This document shows, piece by piece, positions 49,660 to 60,100 of a DNA stretch of 64,000 bases (positions are counted from its first letter, which is position 1; each line of letters starts with the position of its first letter). This DNA comes from Eledone cirrhosa (lineage: Eukaryota). A program made the translations under genes and the position numbers. Location of the stretch: assembly GCA_964016885.1 (NCBI GenBank), contig OZ024743.1, forward strand, positions 140,182,001 through 140,246,000. Direction: 5' to 3'. Under the pieces are notes generated by a model. That model was not told the DNA's origin and did no database searches. It saw nothing but the letters and a program-made list of their open reading frames with translations.

Positions 49660-52600
49660 TGCTTGGTGTTTGGTGTTTGGTGCTTGGTGCTTGGTGTTTG
49701 TTGCTTGGTACTTGGTGCATGGTGTTTGGTGCTGGGTGCTTGGTGTTTGATGCTTGGTGTTTGGTGCTTGGTGCTTGGTGTTTGGTGTTTGGTGTTTGAT
49801 GCTTGGTGCTTGGTGTTTGGTGCTTGGTGTTTGTACTTGGTGCTTGGTGCTTGGTGTTTTGTGCTTAGTTCTTGGTGTTTGGTGTTTGGTGCTTGGTGCT
49901 TGGTGCTTGGTGTTAGGTGTTTGGTGCTTGGTGCTTGGTGTTTGGTGTTTGGTCCTTGGTGCTTCGTGTTTAGTGCTTGGTGCTTCGTGTTTGTTGTTTG
50001 GTGCTTTCTGCTTGCTGCTTGGTGTTTGGTGGTTGGTCATTGGTGCTTGGTGTTTGGTGCTTGGTGCTTGGTGTTTGCTGTTTGGTGCTAGATGCTTGGT
50101 GCTTGGTGTTTGGTGTTTGGTGTTTGGTGTTTGGTGCTTCGTGCTTGGGGTTTGGTGTTTGGTGCTTGGTGCTTGGTGCTTGGTCTTTGGTGCTTGGTGC
50201 TTGGTGTTTGGTGTTTCGTGTTTGGTGCTTGGTGCTTGGTGTTTGGCGCTTCGTGCTTGGTGCTGGGTGGTTGGTATTTGGTGCTTGGTGCTTGGTGTTT
50301 GGTGCTTGGTGCTTGGTGCTTGGTGCTTGGTGTTTGGTGCTTGGTGCTTTGTGCTTGGTCTTTGGTGCTTGGTGTTTGGTGTTTGGTGCTTGGTGCTTGG
50401 TGCTTGGTGTTTGGTGCTTGGTGATTAGTGTTTGGTGCTTGGTGCTTGGGGTTTGGTGTTTGGTGCTTGGTGCTTGGTGTTTGGTGCTTGGTAGTTGGTG
50501 TTTGGTGCTTGGTGTTTGGTGTTTGCTGTTTGGTGTTTGGTGTTTGGTGTTTGGTGTTTGCTGTTTGGTGTCTGCTTTTTGGTGTTTGGTGTTTTCTGTA
50601 TGGTGTTTGCTGTTTCGTGTTTGGTGTTTGCTGTTAGGTGTTGGTCTTTGGTGCTTGGTGTTTGGTGCTTGGTGTTTGGTGTTTGGTGCTTGGTGCTTGG
50701 TGTTTGGTGTTTGGTGCTTGGTGCTTGGTGCTTGGTGTTTGGTGTTTGGTGCTTGGTGTTTGGTGTTTGGTGTTTGGTGCTTGGTGTTTGGTGTTTGGTG
50801 GCTGGTGTTTGGTGTTTATTGCTTGTTGCTTGGTGCTTGGTGCTTGGTGTTTGGTGTTTGGTGCTTGGTGCTTGGTGTTTGGTGCTTGGTGCTTGGTGTT
50901 TGTACTTGGTGCTTGGTGCTTGGTGTTTGGTGCTTGGTTCTTGGTGTTTGGTGCTTGGTGTTTGGTGCTTGGTGCTTGGTGTTTGGTGCTTGGTGCTTGG
51001 TGTTTGGTGTTTGGTGCTTGGTGCTTGGTGCTTGGTGTTAGGTGTTTGGTGCTTGGTGCTTGGTGTTTGGTGTTTGGTTCTTGGTGCTTGGTATTTGGTG
51101 CTTGGTGCTTGCTGCTTGGTGTTTGGTGCTTGGTGATTGATGCTTGGTGTTTGGTGCTTGGTGCTTGGTGTTTGGTTTTTGGTGCTAGGTGCTTGGTGCT
51201 TGGTGTTTGGTGCTTGGTGTTTGGTGTTTGGTGCTTGGTGCTTGGTGTTTGGTACTTGGTGCTTGGTGCTTGGTGTTTGGTGCTTGGTGCTTGGTGTTTG
51301 GTGTTTGGTGTTTGGTGCTTGGTGCTTGGTGTTTGGTGCTTGGTGCTTGGTGCTGGGTGGTTGGTGTTTGGTGCTTGGTGCTTGGTGTTTGGTGCTAGGT
51401 GCATGGTGCTTGGTGTTTGGTGCTTGGTGCTTGGTGCTTGGTCTTTGGTGTTTGGTGTTTAGAGCTTGGTGCTTGGTGCTTGGTGCTTGGTGCTTGGTCC
51501 TTGGTGTTTGGTGCTTGGTGCTTGGTGTTTGGTGTTTGGTGCTTGGTGCTTGGTGCTTTGTGTTTGGTGTTTGGTGCTTGGTGTCTGGAACTTGGTGTTT
51601 GGTGTTTGGTGCTTGGTGTTTGGTGTTTGGTGCTTGGTGCTTGGTGTTTGGTGCTTGGTGCTTGGTGTTTGTACTTGGTGCTTGGTGCTTGGTGTTTGGT
51701 GCTTGGTTCTTGGTGTTTGGTGCTTGGTGTTTGGAGCTTGGTGCTTGGTGTTTGGTGCTTGGTGCTTGGTGTTTGTACTTGGTGCTTGTTGCTTGGTGTT
51801 TGGTGCTTGGTTCTTGGTGTTTGGTGCTTGGTGTTTGGAGCTTGGTGCTTGGTGTTTGGTGCTTGGTGCTTGGTGTTTGGTGTTTGGTGCTTGGTGCTAG
51901 GTGTTTGGTGCTTGGTGCTTGGTGTTTGGTGTTTGGTTCTTGGTGCTTGGTATTTGGTGCTTTGTGCTTGGTGCTTGGTGTTTGGTGCTTGGTGATTGAT
52001 GCTTGGTGTTTGGTGCTTGGTGCTTGGTGTTTGGTTTTTGGTGCTAGGTGCTTGGTGCTTGGTTTTTGGTACTTGGTGCTTGGTGCTTGGTGTTTGGTGC
52101 TTGGTGCTTGGTGTTTGGTGTTTGGTGTTTGGTGCTTGGTGCTTGGTGTTTGTTGCTTGGTACTTGGTGCATGGTGTTTGGTGCTGGGTGCTTGGTGTTT
52201 GATGCTTGGTGTTTGGTGCTTGGTGCTTGGTGTTTGGTGTTTGGTGTTTGATGCTTGGTGCTTGGTGTTTGGTGCTTGGTGTTTGTACTTGGTGCTTGGT
52301 GCTTGGTGTTTTGTGCTTAGTTCTTGGTGTTTGGTGTTTGGTGCTTGGTGCTTGGTGCTTGGTGTTAGGTGTTTGGTGCTTGGTGCTTGGTGTTTGGTGT
52401 TTGGTCCTTGGTGCTTCGTGTTTAGTGCTTGGTGCTTCGTGTTTGTTGTTTGGTGCTTTCTGCTTGCTGCTTGGTGTTTGGTGGTTGGTCATTGGTGCTA
52501 GGTGTTTGGTGCTTGGTGCTTGGTGTTTGCTGTTTGGTGCTAGATGCTTGGTGCTTGGTGTTTGGTGTTTGGTGTTTGGTGTTTGGTGCTTCGTGCTTGG

Positions 52601-55600
52601 GGTTTGGTGTTTGGTGCTTGGTGCTTGGTGCTTGGTCTTTGGTGCTTGGTGCTTGGTGTTTGGTGTTTCGTGTTTGGTGCTTGGTGCTTGGTGTTTGGCG
52701 CTTCGTGCTTGGTGCTGGGTGGTTGGTATTTGGTGCTTGGTGCTTGGTGTTTGGTGCTTGGTGCTTGGTGCTTGGTGCTTGGTGTTTGGTGCTTGGTGCT
52801 ATGTGCTTGGTCTTTGGTGCTTGGTGTTTGGTGTTTGGTGCTTGGTGCTTGGTGCTTGGTGTTTGGTGCTTGGTGATTAGTGTTTGGTGCTTGGTGCTTG
52901 GGGTTTGGTGTTTGGTGCTTGGTGCTTGGTGTTTGGTGCTTGGTAGTTGGTGTTTGGTGCTTGGTGTTTGGTGTTTGCTGTTTGGTGTTTGGTGTTTGGT
53001 GTTTGGTGTTTGCTGTTTGGTGTCTGCTTTTTGGTGTTTGGTGTTTTCTGTATGGTGTTTGCTGTTTCGTGTTTGGTGTTTGCTGTTAGGTGTTTGGTCT
53101 TTGGTGCTTGGTGTTTGGTGCTTGGTGTTTGGTGTTTGGTGCTTGGTGCTTGGTGTTTGGTGTTTGGTGCTTGGTGCTTGGTGCTTGGTGTTTGGTGTTT
53201 GGTGCTTGGTGTTTGGTGTTTGGTGTTTGGTGCTTGGTGTTTGGTGTTTGGTGGCTGGTGTTTGGTGTTTATTGCTTGTTGCTTGGTGCTTGGTGCTTGG
53301 TGTTTGGTGTTTGGTGCTTGGTGCTTGGTATTTGGTGCTTGGTGCTTGCTGCTTGGTGTTTGGTGCTTGGTGATTGATGCTTGGTGTTTGGTGCTTGGTG
53401 CTTGGTGTTTGGTTCTTGGTGCTTGGTATTTGGTGCTTGGTGCTTGCTGCTTGGTGTTTGGTGCTTGGTGATTGATGCTTGGTGTTTGGTGCTTGGTGCT
53501 TGGTGTTTGGTATTTGGTGCTTGGTGCTTGCTGCTTGGTGTTTGGTGTTTATTGCTTGTTGCTTGGTGCTTGGTGCTTGGTGTTTGGTGTTTGGTTCTTG
53601 GTGCTTGGTATTTGGTGCTTGGTGCTTGCTGCTTGGTGTTTGGTGCTTGGTGATTGATGCTTGGTGTTTGGTGCTTGGTGCTTGGTGTTTGGTTTTTGGT
53701 GCTAGGTGCTTGGTGCTTGGTGTTTGGTGCTTGGTGTTTGGTGTTTGGTGCTTGGTGCTTGGTGTTTGGTACTTGGTGCTTGGTGCTTGGTGTTTGGTGC
53801 TTGGTGCTTGGTGTTTGGTGTTTGGTGTTTGGTGCTTGGTGCTTGGTGTTTGGTGCTTGGTGCTTGGTGCTGGGTGGTTGGTGTTTGGTGCTTGGTGCTT
53901 GGTGTTTGGTGCTAGGTGCATGGTGCTTGGTGTTTGGTGCTTGGTGCTTGGTGCTTGGTCTTTGGTGTTTGGTGTTTAGAGCTTGGTGCTTGGTGCTTGG
54001 TGCTTGGTGCTTGGTCCTTGGTGTTTGGTGCTTGGTGCTTGGTGTTTGGTGTTTGGTGCTTGGTGCTTGGTGCTTTGTGTTTGGTGTTTGGTGCTTGGTG
54101 TCTGGAACTTGGTGTTTGGTGTTTGGTGCTTGGTGTTTGGTGTTTGGTGCTTGGTGCTTGGTGTTTGGTGCTTGGTGCTTGGTGTTTGTACTTGGTGCTT
54201 GGTGCTTGGTGTTTGGTGCTTGGTTCTTGGTGTTTGGTGCTTGGTGTTTGGAGCTTGGTGCTTGGTGTTTGGTGCTTGGTGCTTGGTGTTTGTACTTGGT
54301 GCTTGTTGCTTGGTGTTTGGTGCTTGGTTCTTGGTGTTTGGTGCTTGGTGTTTGGAGCTTGGTGCTTGGTGTTTGGTGCTTGGTGCTTGGTGTTTGGTGT
54401 TTGGTGCTTGGTGCTAGGTGTTTGGTGCTTGGTGCTTGGTGTTTGGTGTTTGGTTCTTGGTGCTTGGTATTTGGTGCTTTGTGCTTGGTGCTTGGTGTTT
54501 GGTGCTTGGTGATTGATGCTTGGTGTTTGGTGCTTGGTGCTTGGTGTTTGGTTTTTGGTGCTAGGTGCTTGGTGCTTGGTTTTTGGTACTTGGTGCTTGG
54601 TGCTTGGTGTTTGGTGCTTGGTGCTTGGTGTTTGGTGTTTGGTGTTTGGTGCTTGGTGCTTGGTGTTTGTTGCTTGGTACTTGGTGCATGGTGTTTGGTG
54701 CTGGGTGCTTGGTGTTTGATGCTTGGTGTTTGGTGCTTGGTGCTTGGTGTTTGGTGTTTGGTGTTTGATGCTTGGTGCTTGGTGTTTGGTGCTTGGTGTT
54801 TGTACTTGGTGCTTGGTGCTTGGTGTTTTGTGCTTAGTTCTTGGTGTTTGGTGTTTGGTGCTTGGTGCTTGGTGCTTGGTGTTAGGTGTTTGGTGCTTGG
54901 TGCTTGGTGTTTGGTGTTTGGTCCTTGGTGCTTCGTGTTTAGTGCTTGGTGCTTCGTGTTTGTTGTTTGGTGCTTTCTGCTTGCTGCTTGGTGTTTGGTG
55001 GTTGGTCATTGGTGCTTGGTGTTTGGTGCTTGGTGCTTGGTGTTTGCTGTTTGGTGCTAGATGCTTGGTGCTTGGTGTTTGGTGTTTGGTGTTTGGTGTT
55101 TGGTGCTTCGTGCTTGGGGTTTGGTGTTTGGTGCTTGGTGCTTGGTGCTTGGTCTTTGGTGCTTGGTGCTTGGTGTTTGGTGTTTCGTGTTTGGTGCTTG
55201 GTGCTTGGTGTTTGGCGCTTCGTGCTTGGTGCTGGGTGGTTGGTATTTGGTGCTTGGTGCTTGGTGTTTGGTGCTTGGTGCTTGGTGCTTGGTGCTTGGT
55301 GTTTGGTGCTTGGTGCTTTGTGCTTGGTCTTTGGTGCTTGGTGTTTGGTGTTTGGTGCTTGGTGCTTGGTGCTTGGTGTTTGGTGCTTGGTGATTAGTGT
55401 TTGGTGCTTGGTGCTTGGGGTTTGGTGTTTGGTGCTTGGTGCTTGGTGTTTGGTGCTTGGTAGTTGGTGTTTGGTGCTTGGTGTTTGGTGTTTGCTGTTT
55501 GGTGTTTGGTGTTTGGTGTTTGGTGTTTGCTGTTTGGTGTCTGCTTTTTGGTGTTTGGTGTTTTCTGTATGGTGTTTGCTGTTTCGTGTTTGGTGTTTGC

Positions 55601-57100
55601 TGTTAGGTGTTTGGTCTTTGGTGCTTGGTGTTTGGTGCTTGGTGTTTGGTGTTTGGTGCTTGGTGCTTGGTGTTTGGTGTTTGGTGCTTGGTGCTTGGTG
55701 CTTGGTGTTTGGTGTTTGGTGCTTGGTGTTTGGTGTTTGGTGTTTGGTGCTTGGTGTTTGGTGTTTGGTGGCTGGTGTTTGGTGTTTATTGCTTGTTGCT
55801 TGGTGCTTGGTGCTTGGTGTTTGGTGTTTGGTGCTTGGTGCTTGGTGTTTGGTGCTTGGTGCTTGGTGTTTGTACTTGGTGCTTGGTGCTTGGTGTTTGG
55901 TGCTTGGTTCTTGGTGTTTGGTGCTTGGTGTTTGGTGCTTGGTGCTTGGTGTTTGGTGCTTGGTGCTTGGTGTTTGGTGTTTGGTGCTTGGTGCTTGGTG
56001 CTTGGTGTTAGGTGTTTGGTGCTTGGTGCTTGGTGTTTGGTGTTTGGTTCTTGGTGCTTGGTATTTGGTGCTTGGTGCTTGCTGCTTGGTGTTTGGTGCT
56101 TGGTGATTGATGCTTGGTGTTTGGTGCTTGGTGCTTGGTGTTTGGTTTTTGGTGCTAGGTGCTTGGTGCTTGGTGTTTGGTGCTTGGTGTTTGGTGTTTG
56201 GTGCTTGGTGCTTGGTGTTTGGTACTTGGTGCTTGGTGCTTGGTGTTTGGTGCTTGGTGCTTGGTGTTTGGTGTTTGGTGTTTGGTGCTTGGTGCTTGGT
56301 GTTTGGTGCTTGGTGCTTGGTGCTGGGTGGTTGGTGTTTGGTGCTTGGTGCTTGGTGTTTGGTGCTAGGTGCATGGTGCTTGGTGTTTGGTGCTTGGTGC
56401 TTGGTGCTTGGTCTTTGGTGTTTGGTGTTTAGTGCTTGGTGCTTGGTGCTTGGTGCTTGGTGCTTGGTCCTTGGTGTTTGGTGCTTGGTGCTTGGTGTTT
56501 GGTGTTTGGTGCTTGGTGCTTGGTGCTTTGTGTTTGGTGTTTGGTGCTTGGTGTCTGGAACTTGGTGTTTGGTGTTTGGTGCTTGGTGTTTGGTGTTTGG
56601 TGCTTGGTGCTTGGTGTTTGGTGCTTGGTGCTTGGTGTTTGTACTTGGTGCTTGGTGCTTGGTGTTTGGTGCTTGGTTCTTGGTGTTTGGTGCTTGGTGT
56701 TTGGAGCTTGGTGCTTGGTGTTTGGTGCTTGGTGCTTGGTGTTTGTACTTGGTGCTTGTTGCTTGGTGTTTGGTGCTTGGTTCTTGGTGTTTGGTGCTTG
56801 GTGTTTGGAGCTTGGTGCTTGGTGTTTGGTGCTTGGTGCTTGGTGTTTGGTGTTTGGTGCTTGGTGCTAGGTGTTTGGTGCTTGGTGCTTGGTGTTTGGT
56901 GTTTGGTTCTTGGTGCTTGGTATTTGGTGCTTTGTGCTTGGTGCTTGGTGTTTGGTGCTTGGTGATTGATGCTTGGTGTTTGGTGCTTGGTGCTTGGTGT
57001 TTGGTTTTTGGTGCTAGGTGCTTGGTGCTTGGTTTTTGGTACTTGGTGCTTGGTGCTTGGTGTTTGGTGCTTGGTGCTTGGTGTTTGGTGTTTGGTGTTT
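49660..57100 (+). repeat. Higher-order repeat, unit about 2.45-2.52 kb, about three tandem copies
   Basis: Offsets 2452 (49754/52206, 50428/52880), 2517 (52206/54723, 51137/53654) and 2453 (53654/56107). Markers GGTAGTTGG, GGCGCTTCG and CTGGAACTT each occur once per copy. Confidence 0.88.
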
Positions 57101-60100
57101 GGTGCTTGGTGCTTGGTGTTTGGTGCTTGGTGCTTGGTGCTGGGTGGTTGGTGTTTGGTGCTTGGTGCTTGGTGTTTGGTGCTTGGTGCATGGTGCTTGG
57201 TGTTTGGTGCTTGGTGCTTGGTGCTTGGTGTTTGGTGTTTGGTGTTTAGTGCTTGGTGTTTGGTGTTTGGTGCTTGGTGTTTGGTGCTTGGTGCCTGGTG
57301 CTTGTTGTTTGGTGCTTGGTGTTTGGTGTTTGGTGTTTGGTGCTTGGTGTTTGGTGTTTGGTGCTTGGTGCTTGGTGTTTGGTGTTTGATGCTTGGTGCT
57401 TGGAGCTTGGTGTTTGGTGTTTGCTGCTTGGTGTCTGGTGCTTGGTGCTTGGTGCTTGGTGTTTGGTGCTTGGTGATTGGTGCTTGGTCTTTGGTGCTGG
57501 GTGCTTGGTGTTTGGTGTTTGATGCTTGGTGTTTGATGCTTGTTGCTTGGTTCTTGGTGTTTGGTGCTTGGTGTTTCGTGCTTGGTGCTTGGTGTTTGGT
57601 GCTTGGTGCTTGGTGTTTGGTGATTGGTGCCTGGTACATGGTGTTTGGTGCTTGATGCTTGGTGATTGGTGTTTGGTGTTAGGTGTTTGGTGCTTGGTGC
57701 TTGGTGCTTGGTGTTTGGTGTTTGGTGCCTGGTGATTGGTGCTTGGTGTATGGTGCTTGGTGCTTGGTGTTTGGTGCTAGGTGCTTGGTGCTTGGTGCTT
57801 GGTGTTTGGTGCTTGGTGTTTGGTGCTTGGCACTTGGGGCTTGGTGTTTGGTGCTTGGTGCTTGGTGCTTGGTGTTTGGTGCTTGGTGCTTGGTGTTTGG
57901 TGTTTGGTGCTTGGTGTTTGGTGCTTGGTGTTTGGTGCTTGGTGCTTGGTGTTTGGTGCTTGGTGCTTGGTGCTTGGTGTTTGGTGCTTGGTGCTTGGTG
58001 CTTGGTCTTTGGTGCTTGGTGTTTGGTGTTTGGTGCTTGGTGCTTGGTGTTTGGTGCTTGGTGCTTGGTGATTAGTGTTTGGTGCTTGCTGCTTGGGGTT
58101 TGGTGTTTGGTGCTTGGTGCTTGGTGTTTGGTGCTTGGTGCTTGGTGTTTGGTGCTTGGTGTTTGGTTTTTGCTGTTTGGTGTTTGGTGTTTGGTGTTTG
58201 CTGTTTGCTGTTGGCTTTTTGATGTTTGGTGTTTGCTGTATGGTGTTTGCTGTTTCGTGTTTATTGTTTGCTGTTTGGTGTTTGGTGTTTGGTGTTTGCT
58301 GTTTCCTGTTTGGTCTTTAGTCTTTGGTGCTTGGTGTTTGGTGCTTGGTGCTTGGTGTTTGGTATTTGGTGCTTGGTGTTTGGTGCTTGGTGCTTGGTAC
58401 TTGTTGTTTGGTGATTGGTGCTTGGTGCTTGGTGTTTGGTGTTTGATGCTTGGTGTTTGGTGTTTGGTGCTTGGTGCTTCGTGTTTGGTGTTTGATGCTT
58501 GGTGCTTGATGTTTGGTGCTTGGTGCTTGGTGTTTGGTGCTTGGTGCTTGGTGTTTGTACTTGTTGCTTGGTGCTTGATGTTTGGTGCTTGGTTTTTGGT
58601 GCTTGGTGTTTGGTGTTTGCTGTTTGCTGTTTGGTGCTTGGTGTTTGCTGTTTGGTGTTTGTTGTTTGGTGTTTGCTGTTTGGTGTTTGCTGTTTGGTGT
58701 TTGGTGCTTGCTGTTTGGTGCTTGGTGTTTGGTGCTTGGTGCTTAGTGTTTGGTGTTTGGTGTTTGGTGCTTGGTGCTTGGGGCTTGGTGTTTGGTGCTT
58801 GGTGCTTGGTGCTTGGTGCTTGGTGTTTGGTGCATGGTGCTTGGTGCTTGGTGTTTGTCGCTTGGTACTTGGTGCTTGGTGTTTGGTGCTTGGTGTTTGG
58901 TGTTTGGTGCTTGGTGTTTGGTGTTTGGTGTTTGGTGTTTGGTGTTTGAATTTTGCTGTTTGGTGTTTGCTGTTTGCTGTTTGGTGTCTGCTTTTTGGTG
59001 TTTGGTGTATTCTGTATGGTGTTTGCTGTTTCGTGTTTGGTGTTTGCTGTTTGGTGTTTGCTGTTTGCTCTTGGTGTTTGGTGCTTGGTGCTTGGTGCTT
59101 GGTGTTTGGTGTTTGGTGCTTGGTGTTTGGTGTTTGGTGCTTGGTGCTTGGATTTTGGTGCTTGGTGCCTGGTGCTTGGTGTTTGGTGTTTGATGCTTGG
59201 TGCTTGATGCTTGGTGCTTGGTGTTTGGTGCTTGGTGCTTGGTGTTTGTACTTGTTACTTGGTGCTTGGTGTCTGGTGTTTGGTGCTTGGTGTCTGGTGT
59301 TTTGTGCTTGGTGTTTTGTGTTTGGTGCTTGGTGCTTGGTGTTTGGTGTTTGGTGCTTGGTGCTTGGTGTTTGGTGTTTAGTGCTTGGTGTTTGGTGTTT
59401 GGTGCTTGGTGCTTGGTGTTTGTTGCTTGGTACTTGGTGCATGGTGTTTGGTGCTGGGTGCTTGGTGTTTGGTGCTTGGTGTTTGGTGCTTGGTGCCTGG
59501 TGTTTGGTGTTTGGTGTTTGATGCTTGGTGCTTGGTGGTTGGTGTTTGGTGCTTGGTGTTTGTACTTGGTGCTTGGTGCTTGGTGTTTTGTGCTTAGTTC
59601 TTGGTGTTTGGTGTTTGGTGCTTGGTGCTTGGTGCTTGGTGTTAGGTGTTTGGTGCTTGGTGCTTGGTGTTTGGTCTTTGGTGCTTGGTGTTTGGTGCTT
59701 GGTGCTTGGTGTTTGCTGTTTGGTGCTAGATGCTTGGTGCTTGGTGTTTGGTGTTTGGTGTTTGGTGTTTGGTGCTTCGTGCTTGGGGTTTGGTGTTTGG
59801 TGCTTGGTGCTTGGTGCTTGGTCTTTGGTGCTTGGTGCTTGGTGTTTGGTATTTCGTGTTTGGTGCTTGGTGTTTGGTGCTTGGTGCTTGGTGCTGGGTG
59901 GTTGGTATTTGGTGCTTGGTGCTTGGTGTTTGGTGCTTGGTGCTTGGTGCTTGGTGTTTGGTGCTTGGTGCTTGGTGTTTGTTGTTTGGTGCTTTCTGCT
60001 TGCTGCTTGGTGTTTGGTGCTTGGTCATTGGTGCTTGGTGTTTGGTGCTTGGTGCTTGGTGTTTGCTGTTTGGTGCTAGATGCTTGGTGCTTGGTGTTTG

